5,226 bases of DNA from Paramicrosporidium saccamoebae KSL3 (taxonomy: Eukaryota; Fungi; Cryptomycota). Shown piece by piece: positions 1 to 5,226 of the stretch. Both the position numbers and the translations under genes were made by a program. The stretch spans positions 6,593 through 11,818 of the forward strand of contig MTSL01000138.1 in NCBI GenBank assembly GCA_002794465.1. Direction: 5' to 3'. Every line of letters starts with the position of its first letter. Position 1 is the first letter of the stretch. The notes under the pieces are model-generated. The model was not told the origin of the DNA, searched no databases, and worked only from the letters and a program-made list of their open reading frames with translations.

Positions 1-138
1 GGGACGCCCACGGAAGGAGAGTCCAAGAAAGGAAAATGTATCAGTCGCAAAAGTCCAGCAGACTCGGAATCGGTTTCGACAGTCTGTCCGCCTATTGAAG
101 AAGAGGTAGAAGCGCAATGCAACGGTATTGGTGGATAA
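1..138 (+). CDS. Probable 3' end of an upstream gene (partial, frame unresolved)
   Basis: Purine-rich + strand. Frame 1 is open from base 1 to TAA at 136-138 (GTPTEGESKKG...CNGIGG*), and AATAAA at 137-142 overlaps that stop. Frames 2 and 3 are also open to 109 and 98, so the frame cannot be fixed. No recognisable domain. Confidence 0.4.
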   Translation, partial: GTPTEGESKKGKCISRKSPADSESVSTVCPPIEEEVEAQCNGIGG

Positions 139-142
139 TAAA
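137..142 (+). terminator. Putative polyadenylation signal AATAAA overlapping the stop codon
   Basis: Sequence reads GGA TAA TAAA. It lies in the AT-rich gap between two convergent stops. Confidence 0.4.
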
Positions 143-160
143 TGTAAAGTGTGTCGAGTT

Positions 161-988
161 TTACTGCAAAAAGGAAATGTCATCAGACCCTCCCACATCG
201 AATCCTGGAATGGGCTGCAGATTTGCATGTGTGGTGGATCCGGTGATATTGGGGAGGGGTGGCACCGCTTCAGCAGTGGGGACTGGGAGGGGAGGCCCCG
301 TTGGAGGAGTAATGCGGTGGAGAGCGCCCGAGGCAACGTCGCATCCCAAACAGCCTTGGCCGCCCCAATCGAAATCGGGAACCACTACTGCCTCCCGCAC
401 GGCCTCCTGGTCAATGTTAAAGACGAGCAGCCGCACCGGCTTCTTTTGGTTGTGAATCATCAGATGGTAAAAGTCGTCGGACGAGTTGAGGGCAATGTCG
501 GGCGAGCCGATGATCCAATCTTTTTGGGGGATTAATCCCGCTCGATGAGCCGGCGACTCGAAACTGACGTCAATGACGTGCCACACACGATCATTTACTT
601 CCGTGACTTTGCAGTACCGGATGCTTGCGCCTACACAGTTCAGTTACCAGTCCATGTGTACCCAGCGCCGTCTTTCCTCCCCAGCCGTGACTTGGAACTA
701 TGGAAACTGTGCGGGTAGTGTCCAGTCGTGAATTGTAGACGGCCATTTTCATCGGCCTGTCCATGTGGTTTTTGGCCATTTCCGAGACGACGTTGGGTGT
801 CTCTTGGATCTAGAACAGTCAACAACACTGCCAACGACTGGTACAACTTCCACCCCATTCACCGCGACAATGTAGTCAAAATACGGCACTAGCTTTGCCA
901 CTGCCGCTGGCGAGTTTTCATCGACGCGAAGCACGTGAAACGCATGCCTCGTCTCTTCGCTGGCCAAGTTGGACTGTTCCGCGCCCAT
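161..988 (-). CDS. GRH1: Golgi reassembly stacking protein GRASP55/65 (Grh1) homologue, about 253 aa; exons 988-845, 809-662, 630-161
   Basis: Spliced translation: MGAEQS...FHVLRVDENSPAAVAKLVPYFDYIVAVNG...PMKMAVYNSR...VPSHGWGGKTALGASIRYC...VWHVIDVSFESPAHRAGLIPQKDWIIG...PVRLLVFN...VPDFDWGGQGCLGCDVASGALHRI. This matches the tandem PDZ-like GRASP domain from memory (YHVLRVQENSP, WGGQGLLGVSIRFC, VWHVLEV, WGGEGSLGC..G.LHRI). It has an MGxxxS myristoylation motif and a Pro-rich tail. The two introns restore the frame exactly: 144+148+470 = 762 nt, stop TAA at 163-161. Confidence 0.96.
631..661 (-). other. Spliceosomal intron 2 of GRASP (31 nt, phase 1)
   Basis: GTACACATGGACTGGTAACTGAACTGTGTAG. Removal restores the conserved WGGKTALG-ASIRYC motif. 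Confidence 0.92.
810..844 (-). other. Spliceosomal intron 1 of GRASP (35 nt, phase 0)
   Basis: GTACCAGTCGTTGGCAGTGTTGTTGACTGTTCTAG, with a TTGAC branch-like site. Removal joins VNGVEV to IQETPN in frame. An alternative GT at 847 (38 nt) is also in frame. Confidence 0.85.
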
Positions 989-1067
989 TGGCCCACACAA
1001 GGGCCCGTCCTCTTTTCAGTTAATTTTGGCAATCTAACCCATTGCACTCTGTTCCAAAACAGCGCCC
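989..1067. promoter_or_regulatory. 79-bp divergent intergenic spacer, putative bidirectional promoter
   Basis: Lies between the GRASP ATG (988, -) and the ATG at 1068 (+). It has an AT-rich core TTTTCAGTTAATTTT, and CCC directly precedes the 1068 ATG. Confidence 0.5.
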
Positions 1068-1811
1068 ATGAGGCTTGTCCATGCGGTCTGTCTCCTTTTG
1101 ATTGTTCTGTGCTATGCGGACGCTAGCAAAAGACGGCGATCTGCGACTAATTCAAGCAAGAAGCGTCTGGCTTCACGTGGCACGGAATCCAAATCCACAC
1201 ATGTTCAAAAGGGGCCTTGGAAGAAGCACACTGAGAGGATCTGGACTGACCACAGTCGCAAAAGTGTAACACCCAAGAGCACCCATTCTAGAAAAAAGCG
1301 CAAAAAGAGACGCAAGGAGGAGTCGTTCTCCACACGTGGTGAACCCACTCGAACATTTAGCGACGACTGGGTTTTTGATGCAAGTGGCTTAAATAGCGCC
1401 GAGATTTCTCAGCATACTGACTCTAGCGACCTGGAGCAGACGGTTGCTAAAAGTAGCGATCATGGCCCAGGTGTTCATGGCCCAGGTGTTCATGGCCCAA
1501 GTGTTCATGGCCCAAGTGTTCATGGCCCAAGTTTTTATAGTCAAAGCGCTCATGGCCCAAGTGTTTATAGTCAAAGCGCTCATGGCCCAAGTGTTTATAG
1601 TCAAAGCGTTCATGGCCCAAGTGCTCGAGATCCCGTTCGCAAGTGGCCCGTAAGGCCCACAGTTTCGATCCTTCGAAGCACCACGAAAAAGAGGCGATTG
1701 CAACATGGACAGTCTGCAAAAAAGGTGACCTTTTCCCGCAAGGTTGACATGATACCCTCCGCTCCGTGGGAGACTAACTCGCTACGTGTAAGGAAGAATA
1801 ACCCTCAATGA
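1068..1811 (+). CDS. Hypothetical secreted protein (247 aa) with signal peptide, basic NLS-like clusters, HGP repeats and a C-terminal SILK/RVxF motif
   Basis: Uninterrupted ATG-TGA ORF. The N-terminus MRLVHAVCLLLIVLCYADA has a hydrophobic core and an AxA cleavage site. Basic clusters are KRRR, RKKRKKRRK and KKRR. The internal repeat units are multiples of 3. AATAAA lies 28 nt after the stop. No family recognised. Confidence 0.8.
   Translation: MRLVHAVCLLLIVLCYADASKRRRSATNSSKKRLASRGTESKSTHVQKGPWKKHTERIWTDHSRKSVTPKSTHSRKKRKKRRKEESFSTRGEPTRTFSDDWVFDASGLNSAEISQHTDSSDLEQTVAKSSDHGPGVHGPGVHGPSVHGPSVHGPSFYSQSAHGPSVYSQSAHGPSVYSQSVHGPSARDPVRKWPVRPTVSILRSTTKKRRLQHGQSAKKVTFSRKVDMIPSAPWETNSLRVRKNNPQ
1461..1625 (+). 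repeat. Coding tandem repeat: 4 x 15 bp, 3 x 30 bp and one terminal 15-bp unit
   Basis: CATGGCCCA(G/A)GTGTT x4 (1461-1520), CATGGCCCAAGT(T/G)TTTATAGTCAAAGCG(C/T)T x3 (1521-1610), CATGGCCCAAGTGCT (1611-1625). Encodes HGPGV x2, HGPSV x2, HGPS(F/V)YSQS(A/V) x3, HGPSA. Confidence 0.98.
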
Positions 1812-1814
1812 TTG

Positions 1815-2051
1815 TCACATAAATGGCGGACGATATTTAATAAAGTGTTCGATAGTGGGGTCATTTGTTGCATGGCGAGAGTACGACCATGCAGCTAGTT
1901 TACTGAGCTTTGTAAGATGATGTTCTATTGAATCTTGACAAGTGCTAATTTTTGTGTTTCCTTTGTTGAGAATAGTCGGCCCACGAAACATTCGGTTGCT
2001 GGTTTGACTTTTAAGAAGTTTTGACTTTGTCACTGCTCTGGAGGGTAGCAT
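1815..2051 (-). CDS. Small hypothetical protein (78 aa), possibly with a mitochondrial presequence-like N-terminus
   Basis: First ATG is at 2051; the track start at 2057 is TTG. The first ~40 aa are K/R/S/T-rich with no acidic residue. The stop is 3 bp from the stop of the convergent gene. No family recognised. Confidence 0.4.
   Translation of the reverse strand: MLPSRAVTKSKLLKSQTSNRMFRGPTILNKGNTKISTCQDSIEHHLTKLSKLAAWSYSRHATNDPTIEHFIKYRPPFM
1839..1844 (+). terminator. Putative polyadenylation signal for the 1068-1811 gene
   Basis: AATAAA begins 28 nt after the TGA, inside the antisense 78-aa ORF. Confidence 0.4.
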
Positions 2052-2527
2052 GGACAAGGTTGCTTATTGTTCGAGATCTTTTACACAAGACAGAGGGTCT
2101 AATAAAGGACCTTTAATTTTAATCTAGCAATAGGGGACTGAACAAACTAGCTCTCGTAGCGGGTGCGTGATAGTTAATTCCTGTATGTAGGCGATTGAGA
2201 CACTTTGTCACAAACGCTCAGATTGACCAATGAAGGTCGCTCGAGCGGCTGCTCTTGTTGCGAAATGCCAATTGTTATCATTAAATACTTTGGCGCGCGG
2301 TTTGTTGACGCCAAAATGGACGCCCTTCTAAGGATCTTTGCTATCGTGTGCACCTCTGTGGCCGGTTTCCGAAGTTGCTTCCCAAGTCTGCAGAGCTTCG
2401 GGAAATCGTGTGGATGGCTTGCCGTCATTGACCTGGCTACATCTATCGTGATATTGTTTGGCGGTCCGGTCGTAGCAGCTCAAAGGGCCTCTTGGTCTTA
2501 TGGGATCGGTGCAGCGCTGGCCTGCTT

Positions 2528-2613
2528 ACCTTTTGGGGTACCACTGATCCGCCACCTTTTGGGGTACCACTGATCCGCCACCTTTTGGGGTACCACTGAT
2601 CCGCCACCTTTTG
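2528..2613. repeat. Perfect 26-bp minisatellite, 3 copies plus an 8-bp partial
   Basis: ACCTTTTGGGGTACCACTGATCCGCC at 2528-2553, 2554-2579 and 2580-2605, then ACCTTTTG. No spacers between copies. Confidence 0.98.
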
Positions 2614-3224
2614 AAACGCCGCCGCCAGCGACGAATTGGGGAGGGTCTCGCGGCAGTTTGTCGCGATGGACCTTGGGACACGAGGCGCTAGCGGTAGGCC
2701 GCGGTTTAGCTCTGCTCATTTTTACAGATGGCTGTGAGCAAGTATAGAGGGATAGACGCGTCTATCATCTTCCAACTCTTCATGGTTGGTATGTGAAGGG
2801 TATCCAGCACGCGCATGATGGGGCATCATCAGCTGTACTTTGAAGACTTTCGAAGAGAATGCCTTCACAGTGGAAAGGATTGACTTGGCCGCTGTGATTT
2901 GCTACACCTGATCTAGAACTATGGCGAGCCTTTACACAATGGATGTTTGGGTGTGTAGATGGCTGAGGAGTTGGCCATACAGAGTTTCAATAAGGTCTTG
3001 TATTGTGGGAGAATCAGTTGCCCACACAGATATTGGACCCGTTGCACCGCGAAAAAGTTTAAATCGAGGCATTGGTACCCCGTGGGAGGCTACGCGGAAT
3101 GCCAGATGTATGTTGAGGATGGCTCATTTAGTGGTCACGATCCGCTAAAGCATAAACAATCAGTAAGCTACACCAGTACTTTTCAAGCATCTACAGCGGT
3201 GTGGCGGCTATAGATGTTTGAAAT

Positions 3225-3294
3225 TTCTGATGTAGCATAAAGTTCTGATGTAGCATAAAGTTCTGATGTAGCATAAAGTTCTGATGTAGCATAA
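3225..3294. repeat. Perfect 18-bp minisatellite, 3 full copies plus 16 bp
   Basis: TTCTGATGTAGCATAAAG at 3225-3242, 3243-3260 and 3261-3278, then TTCTGATGTAGCATAA. Confidence 0.98.
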
Positions 3295-3510
3295 GGGGTC
3301 CAATTTTCCTTAAGCTACTAAAGGGCGGCACGAGGCCTGTACACGCCCCATTTGGCTGGCCAACTCATTTGAGTGAATGTTAAACTAGCGCATGTCCAAG
3401 ATTGCCAAATGTAATATATATCGTGGTTCACCATTCAGGCCAGGCGAGAAGAGACGATAAATGGCGATACGGGAGGATGGCAGTGATCAGTGGCTCGTTC
3501 AATTGCACAG

Positions 3511-3525
3511 AATAAACTTTTTATT
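3511..3525. terminator. Back-to-back polyadenylation signals (AATAAA on + at 3511-3516, AATAAA on - at 3525-3520)
   Basis: Sequence is AATAAA-CTT-TTTATT. The - strand copy lies about 45 nt after the ankyrin-like gene stop. Confidence 0.55.
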
Positions 3526-3570
3526 TAATGGTTCTATAATATCTGCGTCTGTCTTCCACTCAGTTGTTGA

Positions 3571-4473
3571 TCAAGCACGGCTTGTATTCTGTTGACACTT
3601 TTTGCCTAGCCATTCCAAGACAATGTCCTTCCACGCCCCTTGACTTTGCTCCACCGTGGTACGAACTCTAGGAGCGCACACCAACGACGGATCGCGTGCG
3701 TATATCGTCTCTAGAATTTTGAGGCTGCCAGTCTCTGCGATCGAGTTCACCATGGGTACCGTTATGTCTGTTACTTGCTCAACTAGCCACTGTAGCACTT
3801 GCTCCCGATTCCAGGCAACGGCGTGGCTTATCGAATTGAATTCAACTTTGACAGTGCCTTTTGTCCTTGCTACGATCCATTTAAAGACGCGCAGCCAAGC
3901 CTCTTCAGGTACACGTGTTCGTACGCTGTAAAAATCATCCAGACTTGGTAGCAAATTATTCCAATGGTCTTCCAATATCCAGTCCATTTCCTCCTGCTTA
4001 TTGTGCATAGCGGCGTAGAAGATACACTCTTTGCCAACATTGGGTAATCTACCCGCAGGCACCATCAGATTGGTGTAAGTTTCAAACATTTGGTGCAGAG
4101 CCGCAAAATTTCCCCTTTTACAGGCTTCTTCCACTGAATAACTATACGGGAGAGTTTTAGACTCGGTGTAAGTCCATTTGAGGATTCCAACGTGTCCGCA
4201 ACTAGCTGCGATATTTACTATATCTTGCCATGGGAAATTCTCTTTTGATTCTGTATCAGCATATGCAGATTGTAATTCTTCCAAGTGACCTTCTGCTGCC
4301 AGTAACACAAGGTCTGCCTCGAGTGGCAATGTAACCTTGGCCTCATCCCGGAGATACCTGATGATTTGATGTGATTCAACAGAAGTGCAAGATTTAGCAA
4401 TCACGGCATTCCAATTTATCTTCGCTCCAAACTCTTTGAATACCCACTCAATGCCCCAATCTGGCGGCCGCAT
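3571..4473 (-). CDS. Divergent ankyrin-like repeat protein, C-terminal part (probably one gene with 4448-5226)
   Basis: Recurring ~25-37 aa helical units: LAAEGHLEELQSAY, IAASCGHVGILKWTY, EACKRGNFAALHQMF, YAAMHNKQEEMDWIL, HAVAWNREQVLQWLV, SIAETGSLKILETIY. These fit the A..GHL..LxWL pattern of divergent ankyrin repeats. Stop TGA at 3573-3571. Confidence 0.8.
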   Translation of the reverse strand: MRPPDWGIEWVFKEFGAKINWNAVIAKSCTSVESHQIIRYLRDEAKVTLPLEADLVLLAAEGHLEELQSAYADTESKENFPWQDIVNIAASCGHVGILKWTYTESKTLPYSYSVEEACKRGNFAALHQMFETYTNLMVPAGRLPNVGKECIFYAAMHNKQEEMDWILEDHWNNLLPSLDDFYSVRTRVPEEAWLRVFKWIVARTKGTVKVEFNSISHAVAWNREQVLQWLVEQVTDITVPMVNSIAETGSLKILETIYARDPSLVCAPRVRTTVEQSQGAWKDIVLEWLGKKCQQNTSRA

Positions 4474-5226
4474 TCACCCACTCCATTCGTAGACGTTGTA
4501 TTTTCCCCATACTGTGCGCCAATCTCACTACATCAAGACTGCCATATATGAAAGCGCCATCGAACCAATACTTCGAGAGAGTGACATGAGGATTTTGATT
4601 GAACAGTTCCTGTAGCAAGGGCGTGCAGTTACCACTGGCAAGCCAATAGTAACACCAGCCGGTAAGCATCAACTGGTTGTTCACTCGTTTAACACTGTCC
4701 CTTGAGATGCGATAGTAGCCAACAGTAAAGAGATAGAAAAGCTCATCGAGAGATTTCACATCGTGGGGGACGATGATGCGGTTAATGATACGCGTTGGCT
4801 TATGCTCGCCCACCAGCTTGACATTTTGTTTAATTTCATCGACTATTTCAGGATGGAGGGTAAGGATATTGACTGCATCAAACTTGAGAATGTGCTCAAG
4901 CAATATGTCATGGGGTAGTTCCTTCAAAAACGGCTCGTGACGTATCGCCTCGTAAAAGTCAGCATTGTCGGCCTTGAAAATCATGGGCCAATATTTATCC
5001 CAGTCAAATTCCCGTCGACCTGGAATAAAGGCTGGAGTCCCATATGCCATGGCCATGGCCTGGGCCCAATGCTCCTGCTCCTGATCATCCCACATTTGAT
5101 GATACATGAGAAATTTTGGGACCTCGTAGCATTGATAATCGAACGCTCGCCGCATGGTTGTTTCAAGATTTTTAGGCTTAATCACGGGACAGTCGGACGC
5201 TATGAGCCCTGCAAAGGCATAGTACT
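4448..5226 (-). CDS. Divergent ankyrin-like repeat protein, N-terminal part (5' partial, runs off the window)
   Basis: The frame is open from the window edge (5224) through YYAFAGLIASDCPVIKPKN..., so the track's GTG start is not the true start. It contains WLASGNCTPLLQELF and AFIYGSLDVVRLAH, and ends mid-repeat at AAARLGH*. Confidence 0.7.
   Translation of the reverse strand, partial: YYAFAGLIASDCPVIKPKNLETTMRRAFDYQCYEVPKFLMYHQMWDDQEQEHWAQAMAMAYGTPAFIPGRREFDWDKYWPMIFKADNADFYEAIRHEPFLKELPHDILLEHILKFDAVNILTLHPEIVDEIKQNVKLVGEHKPTRIINRIIVPHDVKSLDELFYLFTVGYYRISRDSVKRVNNQLMLTGWCYYWLASGNCTPLLQELFNQNPHVTLSKYWFDGAFIYGSLDVVRLAHSMGKIQRLRMEWVNAAARLGH

Noticed and set aside
2-16. GRPRK AT-hook-like peptide in + frame 2
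   Set aside because: It sits at the window edge, the frame is unresolved, and it is only five residues.
117-535. + strand ORFs 117-455 and 128-535
   Set aside because: Antisense shadows of GRASP exon 3, with no independent support.
981-1070. GCGCCCAT present at both divergent start codons (981-988 and 1063-1070)
   Set aside because: An 8-bp match partly dictated by the ATG and the Gly2 codon. Likely coincidence.
591-1126. ORFs 591-779, 640-858, 749-1000, 935-1126 and 161-586 as separate genes
   Set aside because: They are GRASP exon fragments or off-frame overlaps. TTG/GTG starts do not apply here, and the real ATG is at 988.
1389-1719. ORFs 1389-1706, 1444-1653 and 1447-1719 with repeated peptides
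   Set aside because: Alternative-frame read-outs of the HGP repeat, open only because the units are multiples of 3.
1815-2051. Faint similarity to mitoribosomal mS33/Rsm27 (LLK...SNRMF, LxK......W)
   Set aside because: The conserved basic C-terminal RGKG.PKK region is absent and the identity is too low to call.
2205-2573. Hydrophobic + strand ORF (122 aa in the track)
   Set aside because: The track start is TTG, no family is recognisable, and it ends at a TGA inside the repeat. It cannot be distinguished from chance.
2528-2613. Resemblance of the - strand unit (GGTGGCGGAT) to long yeast telomeric repeats (GGTGTACGGAT core)
   Set aside because: The match is short and imperfect, there are only three copies, and they are internal. 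A search of contig ends would settle it.
2921-3213. + strand ORFs 2921-3148 and 2959-3213
   Set aside because: Short, mutually overlapping, with no recognisable motif. Kept only as alternatives in the unresolved region.
2528-3294. CRISPR-like interpretation of the 26-bp and 18-bp repeats
   Set aside because: Copies are contiguous with no spacers, no cas genes are present, and the context is eukaryotic.
3656-5166. ORFs 3656-3931, 4218-4400 and 4981-5166
   Set aside because: Antisense or off-frame within the ankyrin-like gene.

Overview
Eukaryotic, very gene-dense window; the bacterial-style ORF track misses the introns and uses TTG/GTG starts. In order: the probable 3' end of a + strand gene (1-138); a GRASP55/65 (Grh1) gene on the - strand, 988->161, split by 35-nt and 31-nt GT-AG introns; and, 79 bp away head-to-head, a 247-aa orphan protein with a signal peptide, NLS-like basic clusters, a His-Gly-Pro repeat and a C-terminal SILK+RVxF PP1-docking signature. 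Next come a 78-aa - strand ORF whose stop lies 3 bp from that gene's stop, and an unresolved region (about 2060-3500) with two perfect minisatellites (26 bp x3, 18 bp x~4). The window ends in a long - strand divergent ankyrin-like repeat gene that runs off the edge and is broken by a frameshift near 4450. Tiny introns, minimal spacers and a fungal-like GRASP suggest a compact fungal-grade genome such as a Cryptomycota/microsporidia relative (inference only). The best lead is the candidate secreted PP1-targeting effector.
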